The notes beneath the pieces are model-generated. The model had not been told where the DNA came from and made no database searches. It worked only from the letters and a program-made list of their open reading frames with translations. Both the position numbers and the translations under genes were made by a program. Shown piece after piece: positions 1-10,685 of a stretch of 64,000 nt of DNA; position 1 is the stretch's first letter; each line of letters starts with the position of its first letter. Source of the stretch: Bacillota bacterium (GTDB lineage Bacteria > Bacillota > JAAYKD01); the NCBI GenBank assembly GCA_963666425.2, contig OY762825.2:288001-352000 (forward strand). The letters are read 5' to 3'.

Positions 1-1787
1 TGGATAAAGCGATCCGGGACACCAAAGAGTCTGCATTTTGGGTATATTTGATTTGCCTGACAGAATTCCAGGATTGCCGAACCAAAACCACCGCAGGTTG
101 TGTTTTCTTCTACAACAGCAATTTCTGCCGCTGTTGAAAGCAAGGCTAAGAGCGGTTCTGTCGGCAGTGGTTTGACTATGCGCAGATTGATTAAGCCGAT
201 CTCCTGATCATTTTCTTGTTTTAAACGCTTTAAAGCAGCTTCAGCTGCAAAGGTGACCGGTCCGCAGGCGATAACCCATTTCTTCTCTGCGGGGATGAGA
301 ACCTGCGGCAGAGCGATTTCTGTCGGCTTTAAAGCACGCTCCTCTTTTGTTTCATTTTCAAAAGCGCCTTTCGGAAAGCGCAGAGCGACAGGTGCATTCA
401 GCTGCAAAGCGTAGCGCAGCATTGCAGTAAGATCGGAAGGTTTGAGGGCAACCAACAGCGTCATATTGGGGATCAGACGCAGATAGGATAAATCAAAGAC
501 ACCATGATGGGTCTCGCCATCCTCCCCCACCAAACCGGCGCGGTCCAATACCAGTATAACAGGCAGATTCTGCATGGCAACATCCTCGATGATTTGATCG
601 AAAGCGCGCTGCAAAAAAGTGGAATAGATGGCGACAATCGGCTTTAATCCCTGCACAGCCATACCGGCAGCAAAAGTAACGGCATGCTGTTCCGCAATCG
701 CAACATCAAAAAAGCGAGCAGGATAGCGTTCGGCAAAGGCGCTCAAACCGGTTCCATCCGGCATCGCTGCAGTAATTGCCACCACACTGGCATCTTCTTC
801 CGCAATTTCCAGCAGACTCTGGCTGAAAGCATCAGTAAATCCAAGCTTGGCAGGCAGAGTACTCTTGCCGCTGGCAAGATCGAAGGGACCGGTGCCATGG
901 AAACGCCGCGGTGATTTTTCTGCCGGCGGGTAACCTTTGCCTTTGGTTGTAATCACATGCAGTAAAACAGGCGACTCCGAACGTTTGGCTAATTCCAACG
1001 CTTCCAGCAGCTGACCGATGTGGTGACCGTTGACCGGCCCCAGATAAGTAAATCCCATTTCCTCAAACAGCATACCGGGAACAAAAAATTGTTTGACCGA
1101 TTCCTTGACACGATCGATCAAATCAATCGCCGGTTGTCCAATCGCAGGAATCCGTTCCAGAATGCGTTTGGCATCATCCTTCGTACGGTAATAACGCGGT
1201 GCAGTTCGAATATTGTTAAGATATTCCGATAAAGCACCCACATTTTGCGCAATTGACATTTCATTATCGTTCAGAATCACGATCAGCTTCGTATGATTTC
1301 TGCCGGCGTGATTCATTGCTTCCCAGGCCATACCGCCGGTCATGGAGCCGTCACCGATCACAGCTACCACCTGAAAGTCTTTTTTTTGTACATCACGAGC
1401 CAAGGCGATTCCCAAGGCGGCTGAAATTGAAGTGGAACTGTGTCCGGCGTTGAAGATGTCATGTACGCTCTCTGAACGTTTAGGAAAACCGCTGAGACCG
1501 CCGAATTGCCGCAGGGTGGGAAAGTCAGCATAGCGCCCGGTCAGCAGCTTATGGATATAGCTTTGATGCCCAACATCCCACACGATTTTATCGGACGGCG
1601 ATTGGAAAGCTTTATGCAGCGCAATCGTCAGCTCGACGACACCCAAATTGGAAGCCAGATGACCGCCTGTTTTACTGACGGTTTCTAAAAGATAGTTTCT
1701 GATTTCAACTGCCAGCAGAGTCAGATCGCTTGTGCTGAGCATTTTCATTTTTTTAGGAGAGATAGTGGGCAGCAGTTTATAATTCAT
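1..1787 (-). CDS. dxs: 1-deoxy-D-xylulose-5-phosphate synthase (3' end runs off the window)
   Basis: Manual translation from ATG at 1787 (RBS GAGGT): MNYKLLP...GGHLASNLGVVELTIALH...IVWDVGHQSYIHK...GDGSMTGG...DVAIAEQH...GEDGETHHG. Not in the ORF track because it has no stop in the window. Confidence 0.95.
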   Translation of the reverse strand, partial: MNYKLLPTISPKKMKMLSTSDLTLLAVEIRNYLLETVSKTGGHLASNLGVVELTIALHKAFQSPSDKIVWDVGHQSYIHKLLTGRYADFPTLRQFGGLSGFPKRSESVHDIFNAGHSSTSISAALGIALARDVQKKDFQVVAVIGDGSMTGGMAWEAMNHAGRNHTKLIVILNDNEMSIAQNVGALSEYLNNIRTAPRYYRTKDDAKRILERIPAIGQPAIDLIDRVKESVKQFFVPGMLFEEMGFTYLGPVNGHHIGQLLEALELAKRSESPVLLHVITTKGKGYPPAEKSPRRFHGTGPFDLASGKSTLPAKLGFTDAFSQSLLEIAEEDASVVAITAAMPDGTGLSAFAERYPARFFDVAIAEQHAVTFAAGMAVQGLKPIVAIYSTFLQRAFDQIIEDVAMQNLPVILVLDRAGLVGEDGETHHGVFDLSYLRLIPNMTLLVALKPSDLTAMLRYALQLNAPVALRFPKGAFENETKEERALKPTEIALPQVLIPAEKKWVIACGPVTFAAEAALKRLKQENDQEIGLINLRIVKPLPTEPLLALLSTAAEIAVVEENTTCGGFGSAILEFCQANQIYPKCRLFGVPDRFI

Positions 1788-1797
1788 AGTTGTGACC

Positions 1798-2250
1798 TCA
1801 TACCGAAAATCCAATGATGATTCCCAAAAGTCCGCCGGCAAGAACTTCAATTGGCGTGTGACCAAGAATTTCTTTCAATTGCTTGATCTGCAGCTCCTTC
1901 AAATCCGGGATCGTATAGAGAATGGAATTAAGAAGTTTCGCCTGATCACCGGCGGCACGCCGCACACCGGAAGCATCGTACATCACAATAATCGAGAACA
2001 CGGTGGAGACAGCAAAAAGCACGCTGTCGACCCCTTGATATCGTCCGATTGCGGTTGTTAAAGCAACGACCGCCGCTGTATGAGAACTCGGCATACCGCC
2101 GGATTTGGAAGCTAACCGCCAATTCCAATGGTGATCCAATAAAAAATAGACAAAAACTTTTAAAACTTGAGCCAGGACACTTCCGATTAAAGCAGCGACG
2201 ATATAACGATTTGATAACAGCTGATTCCAAACGTTCATTTCATTCACCAC
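1798..2250 (-). CDS. Divergent PAP2 family (DUF212) membrane protein
   Basis: SGGMPSSH, YDASGVRR and LGHTPIEV motifs; usual position between ispA and dxs. Confidence 0.9.
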   Translation of the reverse strand: MVNEMNVWNQLLSNRYIVAALIGSVLAQVLKVFVYFLLDHHWNWRLASKSGGMPSSHTAAVVALTTAIGRYQGVDSVLFAVSTVFSIIVMYDASGVRRAAGDQAKLLNSILYTIPDLKELQIKQLKEILGHTPIEVLAGGLLGIIIGFSV

Positions 2251-2264
2251 ATATTTTCATAAAA

Positions 2265-3158
2265 TTATGACTGCCTTTGGTGCAGCCAATCAAATAACAG
2301 CAAAAGCGGCTCTCGCCTGACAGGCAGCGCCTGCAGCAGCAACAGCAGCTTCTCATATTCTTTTTCATACAGGCTTTGCGCCTGAGGCAAACCAAAACAG
2401 CTGACATAAGTCAATTTACCGTTTTTCAGATCACTGCCAATCGGCTTACCTAAGAGAGCTTCCTCCCCGATTACATCCAAAATATCGTCCTGAATTTGAA
2501 AAAATAAGCCAAAATGAACGCCTAACTCCTGCCATTGCTTTTCCTCTGCCGTATCGACCTGTGCCAGGATAGCCCCGATCAGGAAAGCTGTCTTCAACAA
2601 AGCGCCGGTTTTTAATTCATGCATCCGGCGCAGATCTGCCGCTTGTTTGGCAGTGGAAGATTGAATATCCAAAACTTGGCCGCCGATCATGCCATATCGA
2701 CCGGCCGAGCTGGCAAAAAGCTGTACCAAGCGTAAGGCAACCGCAGCATCATAGGCATTCTGCTGCACGCCAAGCGCTAAAATCTGAAATGCTTCGGTTA
2801 AAAGCCCATCTCCGGCCAGTAAAGCCAGCGCTTCGCCGTAGACCTTGTGATTGGTTGGTTTGCCCCGGCGCAGATCGTCGTTGTCCATACAGGGCAAATC
2901 ATCATGAATTAAAGAGTACGTATGAATGCATTCCAAAGCACAGGCTGGGTAGATCGCCCGATGCCAATCAGTACCATACGTATCGAGCACCAAAAGAGGA
3001 ATCAATGCCCGCAGACGTTTGCCGCCCGAGAGCAGACTGTAGGACATAGCCGAATCGATGGACTGCAGATCTGTCGGTGTGTTTTGAAAAAACCGCTGCA
3101 ATTCCAATTCAATCTCTGCCAGCATTGTTTCAAACTGTTTGGGGATCATAATTCTCAC
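2265..3158 (-). CDS. ispA: Farnesyl diphosphate synthase / geranyltranstransferase
   Basis: [27 protein letters not shown] and FQIQDDILD Asp-rich motifs. Confidence 0.95.
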   Translation of the reverse strand: MRIMIPKQFETMLAEIELELQRFFQNTPTDLQSIDSAMSYSLLSGGKRLRALIPLLVLDTYGTDWHRAIYPACALECIHTYSLIHDDLPCMDNDDLRRGKPTNHKVYGEALALLAGDGLLTEAFQILALGVQQNAYDAAVALRLVQLFASSAGRYGMIGGQVLDIQSSTAKQAADLRRMHELKTGALLKTAFLIGAILAQVDTAEEKQWQELGVHFGLFFQIQDDILDVIGEEALLGKPIGSDLKNGKLTYVSCFGLPQAQSLYEKEYEKLLLLLQALPVRREPLLLLFDWLHQRQS

Positions 3159-3402
3159 CTGTTAAGGGAAAGGGCTGCAGAACCACTTCTCCCTGTTCAT
3201 TCACTGTGACTTTCTCGATTTTCTGTTGTGCCAAATTCAGATCATTTTGACAAAAGCGGGACAATTTCACCCCTTCTTCAAAACATTTCATCGCTTCTTC
3301 CAAAGAAAGGTTGCCGGCTTCCAATTGGCGGACAATATTTTCCAATTGCTGCAATGCTTCCTCAAAAGTCAGTTGTTCCTTTTTCTTTGTCATGCTTGCC
3401 AC
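3130..3402 (-). CDS. xseB: Exodeoxyribonuclease VII small subunit
   Basis: [17 protein letters not shown]...[13 protein letters not shown]; follows xseA. True start may be 3393. Confidence 0.93.
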   Translation of the reverse strand: MASMTKKKEQLTFEEALQQLENIVRQLEAGNLSLEEAMKCFEEGVKLSRFCQNDLNLAQQKIEKVTVNEQGEVVLQPFPLTGENYDPQTV

Positions 3403-4621
3403 CTCCCGTCAATTGATCATCCATTTCTAAAATTCGTGCGACAGCGCTGCCGTCGGAAAAATGAATTATAATCTCATCACCTAAAACAATTTGCACCAGA
3501 GAAGAAATCACTTCCCTGCTCACTGTATTCTGACACATGGTATAACCGCGTGAGAGAATGCGTAAGGGACTCAAGGTATCCAGTTTTCCGTTCAACATGG
3601 CGAAGAGAGAATTTTTTTGAGCCAGAAAAATCGTCATCGCATGCTGTAAGCGTTGGCTGGGGTCATGCAAGGCATCTTGTTTTCGGCGTAACCAACTGAG
3701 AAAAAGCTCCGGTTCCAGTTTATTCTGATAAAACAGCAGCTTTTCTTGCTTTTGTCTGAGGACATTGGTGGCAACAGATTGCAAACGCACTTGGAAGTCC
3801 GCGACTTCGTCTCTTAAGTCAGCCAATTCCGGTACGACTAATTCAGCCGCTGCCGAAGGAGTGGGGGCGCGCAAATCAGCGGCAAAATCTGCCATGGTAA
3901 AATCCGTTTCATGTCCGACTGCGGAAACAATGGGAATTTGTGATGCCGCAATGGCACGTGCCACCACTTCCTCATTGAAAGCCCACAATTCCTCAAGAGA
4001 ACCGCCGCCGCGTCCGACAATCAAGACATCGGCTAATTGCCGGCGATTAAAAAGCTGGATGGCTGCCGCGATTTGTTCTGCCGCACCAGGTCCCTGCACC
4101 AAAACCGGCGCCAATAAAATAGCGACACCGGGGCAGCGTCTGGTAATCACGTTGACAACGTCGCGAAAAGCGGCGCCGGTTGGAGACGTAACAACACCGA
4201 CTCGTTTTGGTAAGAAAGGCAATGATTTTTTTCGGTCCGCGTCAAATAAACCTTCCGCAGCCAGCCGCTGTTTCATTTGTTCCAAAGCCAGCGCCAGGGA
4301 ACCCATCCCCAACGGTTCCATCTGTGTGGCGTAAAGCTGATATTGACCGTCTCTTTCATACAGCGAAACAGACCCGCGCAGCAGAACTTTCATGGCGTTA
4401 TCCGGTCGAAAGCGAAGCATCCGTGCTTTGGTACTGAACATCACGCAGCGGATGCTGGATTGAGCGTCTTTCAATGAAAAATAAAGATGTCCGGAATTCT
4501 GTAATTTGAAATTGGAAATCTCGCCTTCCACCCAAATATCTTTTAGAATCGGAACTTCATCGAGCAAAGATTTCACAAATTGATTCAGCTGTGAAACAGT
4601 TAGGTGCTCCCTTGCTTCCAT
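3362..4621 (-). CDS. xseA: Exodeoxyribonuclease VII large subunit
   Basis: [12 protein letters not shown] fold; [16 protein letters not shown]; AVGHETD; [10 protein letters not shown]. Confidence 0.96.
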   Translation of the reverse strand: MEAREHLTVSQLNQFVKSLLDEVPILKDIWVEGEISNFKLQNSGHLYFSLKDAQSSIRCVMFSTKARMLRFRPDNAMKVLLRGSVSLYERDGQYQLYATQMEPLGMGSLALALEQMKQRLAAEGLFDADRKKSLPFLPKRVGVVTSPTGAAFRDVVNVITRRCPGVAILLAPVLVQGPGAAEQIAAAIQLFNRRQLADVLIVGRGGGSLEELWAFNEEVVARAIAASQIPIVSAVGHETDFTMADFAADLRAPTPSAAAELVVPELADLRDEVADFQVRLQSVATNVLRQKQEKLLFYQNKLEPELFLSWLRRKQDALHDPSQRLQHAMTIFLAQKNSLFAMLNGKLDTLSPLRILSRGYTMCQNTVSREVISSLVQIVLGDEIIIHFSDGSAVARILEMDDQLTGGGKHDKEKGTTDF

Positions 4622-4634
4622 GCCATTCTCCTTC

Positions 4635-5600
4635 CTATTCCTGCAAGCAGCCGTTTGAAAATGCTTCAGCCGCTAAAAAAGCGATACCGACCGCATTATC
4701 ACTGCTCAATTCCGGTGAGGCAAAATAGAGATGCGCACCGACAGCAGGATGCTCCAGTTTATGCCGCAGCCGGTCGCGCAGATAACGATTCGCCGTGACA
4801 CCGCCAACCAACAGGACATTCTTAATTTTTTCTGTTTCTATAACGCTGCGGATCATTTTTTCAAGAGAATTCACCACACAGTTTTCTATGGCGCGGGCGA
4901 CTTCGGCAGGCGCTGCTGCAGACTGCAGCAAGCGCAGCGCTTGGTTTTCCGCACCGGAAAAGCTGAGTTTTCCCTGGTGATAAGCAGCTGGAATGGTACT
5001 CAGGTTTTGCTGGGAGGTTTGTGCCAGTTGCTCCAAAGCAGGTCCGGCCGGGAATGGGAGACCCATAGCCACCCCGATCCGATCAATCAATTGTCCGGCG
5101 CTGATATCGGAGGTTGCCGCCAGGATAGTTTCGCTGAAGTGGTTCTCCTTTTTCTGCACCAACAGCAGTTCGGTCGTCCCCCCAGAAAGATGCACCGCCA
5201 GAAATTGTGACAGTTCGGGTTCGCCGGCACTGTATAAACCGGCTTTGATATGCCCTTCCTGATGACTGTAAGTAAAGAGGGGTACCTTCAGCATCTGACT
5301 CAAGACAGCGGCAAATTGATGGCCCACCAAAAAGACAGGCATATAGGAATCGGGCAGCGAGCGAGGTTTGTTACTGACACCAATGGCAACTGGCGGATAA
5401 TCCGGCCTTTTTAACTGCGCAAACAGCTGATTGATACCACGTAAATGAGCAAAGACCGCTTCAGATTGCCGCAATCCACGATCTCCCAGAGCAACGGGAA
5501 GCAATTGCCTTTGCTGCTGCAGCAGTTGATGATCCAAAGTAACAGCCGCCAAAGAAGTGGTATAGTTGCTGGTATCAATACCCAAAACCCATTCATTCAT
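4635..5600 (-). CDS. TsaD/Kae1-like ASKHA protein (family often annotated O-sialoglycoprotein endopeptidase)
   Basis: LGIDTSNYTTS, HQEGH metal motif, LSGGTTE, GGVTAN, SDNAVGIA. Confidence 0.8.
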   Translation of the reverse strand: MNEWVLGIDTSNYTTSLAAVTLDHQLLQQQRQLLPVALGDRGLRQSEAVFAHLRGINQLFAQLKRPDYPPVAIGVSNKPRSLPDSYMPVFLVGHQFAAVLSQMLKVPLFTYSHQEGHIKAGLYSAGEPELSQFLAVHLSGGTTELLLVQKKENHFSETILAATSDISAGQLIDRIGVAMGLPFPAGPALEQLAQTSQQNLSTIPAAYHQGKLSFSGAENQALRLLQSAAAPAEVARAIENCVVNSLEKMIRSVIETEKIKNVLLVGGVTANRYLRDRLRHKLEHPAVGAHLYFASPELSSDNAVGIAFLAAEAFSNGCLQE

Positions 5601-6051
5601 TTTCTGTTCCGTCCGGTTTTATTTCTTCCCCAGGCTTGTTTTGCAATACTTTCATATGCTGAATGACATTGCCTAAAATACCGTTAATGAAACGGGAAGC
5701 ATCCTGCGTACTGTAAATTTTAGTAATTTCAATCGCTTCGTTCACCGTCACACCAACCGGCACGTCATCCATAAACATCAGTTCAAACAAAGCAAAGCGC
5801 AAAATGGAACGCTCCAGTTTCGCGATCCGCTCCATTTTCCAATCTACCGCAAACTCATTTAAGGTGGCATCCAATTGAGATTGGTGAGAAATCACACCGT
5901 CAATCAGCTGTTGGGCGAAGATCATGTCGTTCTCGGTCAGGTCAGCCGCATCTTCTAAGGCCAATGGTAAAGCATCTTTCGGCGAAATATCATGAAATTC
6001 CCTTTGAAACAAGGTCTTCACTGCTGTTTCACGGGCAACACGTCTGGACAT
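5593..6051 (-). CDS. nusB: Transcription antitermination factor NusB
   Basis: SRRVARETAVKTLF N-terminus; NEAIEITK; FINGILG. Confidence 0.95.
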   Translation of the reverse strand: MSRRVARETAVKTLFQREFHDISPKDALPLALEDAADLTENDMIFAQQLIDGVISHQSQLDATLNEFAVDWKMERIAKLERSILRFALFELMFMDDVPVGVTVNEAIEITKIYSTQDASRFINGILGNVIQHMKVLQNKPGEEIKPDGTENE

Positions 6052-6115
6052 AAAACACTCTCCTTAAACGTCGCCACACCAGGATTTTCATGGTTGCAGC
6101 GGTCATTAATAATTT

Positions 6116-6144
6116 ATTATAGCAAATTCCATTTTGGAAAGCAA
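6116..6144 (-). promoter_or_regulatory. Sigma-A-type promoter of the nusB operon
   Basis: Minus strand TTGCTT-N17-TATAAT with extended TG. Confidence 0.65.
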
Positions 6145-6252
6145 CTGAATCCAACTCGATTTTTCAAATATCTTCTTAATATGCATAAAGATACAGGTTA
6201 TTCAAACAGACAAATCACTGATAGACTGCGGTTTTCAGATTGATTTCGACAG

Positions 6253-6283
6253 AAAAACGGTCATCGCTGCAAACGATGACCGT
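6253..6283 (-). terminator. Intrinsic terminator after efp
   Basis: ACGGTCATCG/CGATGACCGT 10-bp stem with U-run on the minus strand. Confidence 0.8.
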
Positions 6284-6306
6284 CAGTTTCAATAAAACAG
6301 TTGCTG

Positions 6307-6864
6307 CTAAACTCTGGAAAGATAATCGCCGGTGCGGGTATCAATGCGGATCTTATCCCCCTCGTTGATAAAGAAGGGTACCTTCACCGCAGCGCCGGTT
6401 TCCAATTTGGCTGGCTTGGTACCGCCGGTGGCAGTATCGCCTTTGACACCGGGTTCACATTCAGCAATCTTCAGCTCGACAAAATTCGGCATTTCCACAC
6501 CGATGACTGTCTCGTCGAAAATCTGAATCATCAAATTCATATTTTCGATCAGATATTTGATGCCATCACCAATTTGCTCCGCAGTCAATTCCATCTGTTC
6601 GTAAGTGGTAGTATCCATAAAGGTATAAAAATCACCGGAAGCATAGAGATACTGCATTTCATGCGTATCAATTCTGGCTTTGTTCAATTTTTCTCCGGCA
6701 TTAAACGTCTTTTCCTGCACGGCACCCGTTTTAACGTTTTTCATTTTGGTCCGCACAAAGGCAGCACCTTTGCCTGGTTTTACATGCTGGAACTCCACAA
6801 CAGACCATACATTGCCATCAATTTCTACGGTAACACCATTTCTTAAATCGTTTGTACTTATCAT
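6307..6864 (-). CDS. efp: Translation elongation factor P
   Basis: [12 protein letters not shown] (Lys type); PGVKGDTA; VPFFINEG. Confidence 0.98.
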   Translation of the reverse strand: MISTNDLRNGVTVEIDGNVWSVVEFQHVKPGKGAAFVRTKMKNVKTGAVQEKTFNAGEKLNKARIDTHEMQYLYASGDFYTFMDTTTYEQMELTAEQIGDGIKYLIENMNLMIQIFDETVIGVEMPNFVELKIAECEPGVKGDTATGGTKPAKLETGAAVKVPFFINEGDKIRIDTRTGDYLSRV

Positions 6865-6896
6865 TGGCTTCTCCTCCGCATCATAATTTATTTTTA

Positions 6897-7976
6897 TCAG
6901 TCAATTGAATCCGAAAGACAAATCAATGCCTTGTTGGTATGGTTAAAATTCTGATATCCTGTCTCTGTCACCATCACCATGTCTTCAATTCGAACCCCAC
7001 CCCATTGAGGAATATAGATCCCCGGTTCAATCGTAATCACGTGTCCTGCTTGTAAAACCACGTTGCCTGTTTTGCCGCAGCTTGGTGCTTCGTGCACATT
7101 TCTGCCAACACCATGACCCAAACCATGACCGAAATAGTCTCCATAACCTGCTTTGGTGATCACAGCGCGGGCGATCTGATCAAGCTCTTTGCCCATCAGA
7201 CCAGGTTTCACGGCTGCCAGTGTTTGCATATGCGCATCCAAAACAATCTGATAGATTTTTTTCTGTTCCTGGCTGGCTGTTCCGATCACCACGGTGCGTG
7301 TCATATCGGAACAATAACCTTGGTACTTGGCACCAAAATCCAACGTAAAGAAATCACCGTTTTGCAAGATTCGATCCGTCGGCTGACCATGCGGTAAAGA
7401 AGCGCGCGGACCGGAGGCAGCAATGATCTCAAAAGCCAAGCCATCGGCTCCCTGCTCCCGCATAAAGCGTTCCATTTCCAGAGCAACTTCACGTTCTGAG
7501 AGTCCGGCATGCAGGAAACCAAGAAGATGTAAGAAGGTACGCTCACTGATATCAGTGGCAGCCTGCATTTTAGCCAGTTCGTCTGTTGTCTTCACCATGC
7601 GAAGATTTTCTATATAACCGGTGAGCGGTATAAAAACAGACTGCGGGTTTTGTCTGATCATAGAAGTTGCCTGCGCATAGGTCAGGTTATCTTGTTCAAA
7701 ACCAATCTGGGTTATGTTTTGCTGCTGCAATAATTCCTTTACCGTGTTTTCCAATGATTCGTTTTGCCGAATCAGTTCGAAATCCGGCGCCTGCAGCGCT
7801 GCTTGTTCATAATAGCGAAAGTCTGTAATCAGAAAGCTGTGTTCCGCCGTAATCAGCAGCCAGCCGGATGTGCCGTTAAAGTTGCTCAGGTAAGCGCGGT
7901 TTTCCGGGTGCGTGACTAAAATCGCTTCGTACTGATTCTGCTGCATCGCTTGCCGCAGCTGCGATAAAAAGCTCAT
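6897..7976 (-). CDS. Xaa-Pro aminopeptidase (M24B)
   Basis: [37 protein letters not shown]. Confidence 0.93.
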   Translation of the reverse strand: MSFLSQLRQAMQQNQYEAILVTHPENRAYLSNFNGTSGWLLITAEHSFLITDFRYYEQAALQAPDFELIRQNESLENTVKELLQQQNITQIGFEQDNLTYAQATSMIRQNPQSVFIPLTGYIENLRMVKTTDELAKMQAATDISERTFLHLLGFLHAGLSEREVALEMERFMREQGADGLAFEIIAASGPRASLPHGQPTDRILQNGDFFTLDFGAKYQGYCSDMTRTVVIGTASQEQKKIYQIVLDAHMQTLAAVKPGLMGKELDQIARAVITKAGYGDYFGHGLGHGVGRNVHEAPSCGKTGNVVLQAGHVITIEPGIYIPQWGGVRIEDMVMVTETGYQNFNHTNKALICLSDSID

Positions 7977-8014
7977 AATGATCCTCCTTCTCTGCAGTGA
8001 TCAAATCACAGTCA

Positions 8015-8043
8015 ATTTTACCATATTCTTGCTTGGGCTTCAA
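8015..8043 (-). promoter_or_regulatory. Sigma-A-type promoter of the peptidase-efp operon
   Basis: TTGAAG-N17-TAAAAT with extended TG. Confidence 0.55.
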
Positions 8044-8081
8044 CCAGAAAATTAAGATAGTAAAGCAGGAAGGCTGTCAGA

Positions 8082-8579
8082 TTATGTGGAGAATGCATTT
8101 TCTCTGATCACAACCCGGCCGGTCACCGGCTGGATGACAATTTGCAGTGTCTCACCCTGACGATTGCGGAGCGTAATACTGCCGCCTAAATTGATATTAC
8201 CATTGGCAAGAAAAGTAAAATCAAGCCTGCTTACCGTCACATCACTGCAGATCGTATAAGTTGGCTTGATCACAAAGACACCCCGGTAGCGGGCGAGCCG
8301 CTGCAGACCATCGGAACTTGTTGAACAAAGGATACGGATGCTGCAGTTTTCTTTGAGGGCTATCAACCTGGTCTGACGAATTTGCGCGGCGATTTCATGC
8401 GCTGTACTTTGCAGCTGCAGACTCGCCTGCATCCGCTGATAATTTGGCAGAGCCAGAACCAACAGCATAGCGAGCAACGCCAAGACAAGCAAGAGTTCAA
8501 TCAGCGTATAACCTAATTTAGCGCTGTGCAAAGGGGTCCCGGTTCGATAACCCAGAGAAAACGTCTTTTGCGTCCGCAT
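8082..8579 (-). CDS. Minor pilin, FimT/GspH-like
   Basis: Class III signal KLG|YTLIELLLVLALL; C-terminal GGSITL...IQPVTGRV. Confidence 0.8.
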   Translation of the reverse strand: MRTQKTFSLGYRTGTPLHSAKLGYTLIELLLVLALLAMLLVLALPNYQRMQASLQLQSTAHEIAAQIRQTRLIALKENCSIRILCSTSSDGLQRLARYRGVFVIKPTYTICSDVTVSRLDFTFLANGNINLGGSITLRNRQGETLQIVIQPVTGRVVIRENAFST

Positions 8580-9159
8580 CGGATAAACCTCCCCGATCGA
8601 TCAGTATTTTGCCGTCCGATTCAAAATGAAGCAAATGGTCCTTCTCCGTTTCAGCTTCTGATTCATAGATCCCCCAGCTATCCGATAGTATCAAACATTT
8701 ATAAGCATACCAGCACTTTAGAAACTGCATTGTCTCTGTATAACTGCCCTTGGTTTCCAGACGAAAAGTAACTTCACGGCTGGTTTGAGCAGGATCCAAA
8801 GCTTTTGGATCACTTAATTCAATCAGTTGGATGACGACGCCGCTTGCTTTTGCTGTATCATCCATGAATTGCAGGAATGCTGCGATAGAAAAAAAGGCAC
8901 CCGGACTGCACGCCGAGTTCGCTAAAGCTTGCTGCAGCTGTTCAATTTCCAGACTCAATTGTTCCTTTTGTGCTTGATCAAGTCCTGATTGACTGGCAGT
9001 CAGTGTCTGTTGGTAAAAATTTTCACTAGAGCGATATTCCTGCAGGATCGGCAAATAGAAATGGTTCAGCAGAGTGATGCTGAGTATAAGCAAAAACAAG
9101 CCGAGCAGAAAGAGCTCCCGTTTGGATAAATGTAGTGGTTTGCGCGCGTCGGTATTCAT
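8518..9159 (-). CDS. PilO-like pilus assembly protein
   Basis: LSKRELFLL, TM, coiled coil, GSYTETMQFL; ATGA-coupled to the PilN-like gene. Confidence 0.65.
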   Translation of the reverse strand: MNTDARKPLHLSKRELFLLGLFLLILSITLLNHFYLPILQEYRSSENFYQQTLTASQSGLDQAQKEQLSLEIEQLQQALANSACSPGAFFSIAAFLQFMDDTAKASGVVIQLIELSDPKALDPAQTSREVTFRLETKGSYTETMQFLKCWYAYKCLILSDSWGIYESEAETEKDHLLHFESDGKILIDRGGLSDADAKDVFSGLSNRDPFAQR

Positions 9160-9704
9160 GACACGTCCCTGTTTTTGCTTAAATTCAAACGCAGCGTGAA
9201 CTCCCAATTTTGGTTTTCTGTCTTGAAAGCAGGATTGCTTCTCTGCAGCTTCGTCAAGTTACATTCAGCATAAAACGCATGCAGTTCCATATTTTGCAGC
9301 AAGAGAACAACCTCCTGCAGCTGCTCGCTGGTTCCGGACAGTTCAATTTCATTTTCGTGATAATCAAGCCGCTGCAAAGTAACTGTCGTTGGCAGGAATT
9401 GCATCATCTGTGCCAGCAGCGGCAACGCATGCCGCTCTGCAGAAACATTTGCCTGCACCATTTGAACCGCGATCTCTTGCTGCAGGCGATCGCGCTCTGC
9501 CAACAAAATACTAAGTTCCTGCTGCGGGTCGCTCTGCAGCAGCAGGTTGGTCTGCTGCTGCAGCTTTTTACTCTCCAACTGCAGCAGAAAACTGCTGCCA
9601 AGTAGAAAGAAAAGCATGCCGATGATCAAACAAACAAGCAAATAAGTCTGCCAGGTGCATTCCGGTTGACGGTGCAAAGACTGCGGTAAAAAATTGATTT
9701 TCAT
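9156..9704 (-). CDS. PilN-like pilus assembly protein
   Basis: MKINFLP N-terminal motif, TM, coiled coil, IELSG. Confidence 0.75.
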   Translation of the reverse strand: MKINFLPQSLHRQPECTWQTYLLVCLIIGMLFFLLGSSFLLQLESKKLQQQTNLLLQSDPQQELSILLAERDRLQQEIAVQMVQANVSAERHALPLLAQMMQFLPTTVTLQRLDYHENEIELSGTSEQLQEVVLLLQNMELHAFYAECNLTKLQRSNPAFKTENQNWEFTLRLNLSKNRDVS

Positions 9705-10681
9705 CACCACTCCTCCTGACCAAGAGAATTCAGCATTAAGCCATAGGCTGCGATTGCGCTGGGATTCCATTCCCGACCTAACAACTGCTTCGTTTGAAAA
9801 AAACGTTCCTGAAGAAACGCAGCCAATGAAATCAAGCGCGTGGCAGTGCTGTCAATCAGCAATTTGCGTAATTCTGTCGCTAACGCTGCAAATTGATCTT
9901 CACTATCCTGCGGCAACAGCAAATAGAGCTCACTCAGCAAGGCACTCTTCGTTTCAGCTCGGTAAAAGTTCAAAAAGGCTGCCGCGTCTGGCAGGAGATG
10001 CAGAAAAACAGGTGATTGCAGATTGGTCAGAATATCACTTGAGGTCAGATTATGCTGTCTGCGCAGAATACCATCATAAAAAATACTGCATTCAATCGGG
10101 TCACTGGTGAAATCCAAAATTGCCTGATAAGCAGCAGCCTTTTCTGCTGACACTGGCAAACAGCGATAGAGAGCATTTGAGCGCAGATCCAGCGTCTGCA
10201 GTTGCCGCCCCGTTGATTGCAGGTGCAGCAGCAAAGTGTAAATCGGCTCTTTTGGCAGTGCATATAAGAAAAGCTGAATTTGATTGAGTGCTTTCCTTTG
10301 TTTTTCTTTGAGCGGGTAAACAGCAAAATCAAAAAGACATTCCTGCGTAGTCCAATTGAAATATTGTTCGATTTCGTTAGCAGCGACCTTTTTTAAATCG
10401 CTTTCTTTCATATAAGGCATCAAGGGCAATTCTTTCAGCCTCGACGGATACCCCGTGGCACACAGAGAAATCGTCGCTTGCCTGCCCGGGTCAAATTGAT
10501 CCAGCTGCTGACAAAGAGCAGTCAAAGAATCGCTGTCCTGCCATAGATTGAAGCCGGCAGAAAAAGAACGGAGGCAGACGCCTTGCTTTCGATTTAATTC
10601 CCGCAAAACACCATATTGCTTTTTCGCGCCTAAATCAAGACCAAACTGCAGCAAATTGTGTGAAAAATTCTTCCATCTCAT
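9704..10681 (-). CDS. PilM-like pilus assembly protein (divergent)
   Basis: FGLDLG N-terminus, LDLRSNALYR, AILDF, AAYGLML; position before the PilN-like gene. Confidence 0.65.
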   Translation of the reverse strand: MRWKNFSHNLLQFGLDLGAKKQYGVLRELNRKQGVCLRSFSAGFNLWQDSDSLTALCQQLDQFDPGRQATISLCATGYPSRLKELPLMPYMKESDLKKVAANEIEQYFNWTTQECLFDFAVYPLKEKQRKALNQIQLFLYALPKEPIYTLLLHLQSTGRQLQTLDLRSNALYRCLPVSAEKAAAYQAILDFTSDPIECSIFYDGILRRQHNLTSSDILTNLQSPVFLHLLPDAAAFLNFYRAETKSALLSELYLLLPQDSEDQFAALATELRKLLIDSTATRLISLAAFLQERFFQTKQLLGREWNPSAIAAYGLMLNSLGQEEW

Positions 10682-10685
10682 GGCT

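Noticed and set aside
6301-6846. 181-aa ORF antisense to efp, and similar antisense ORFs over xseA, MATE, DUF1177 and ffh
   Set aside because: Shadow frames of conserved genes caused by codon bias; no independent motifs.
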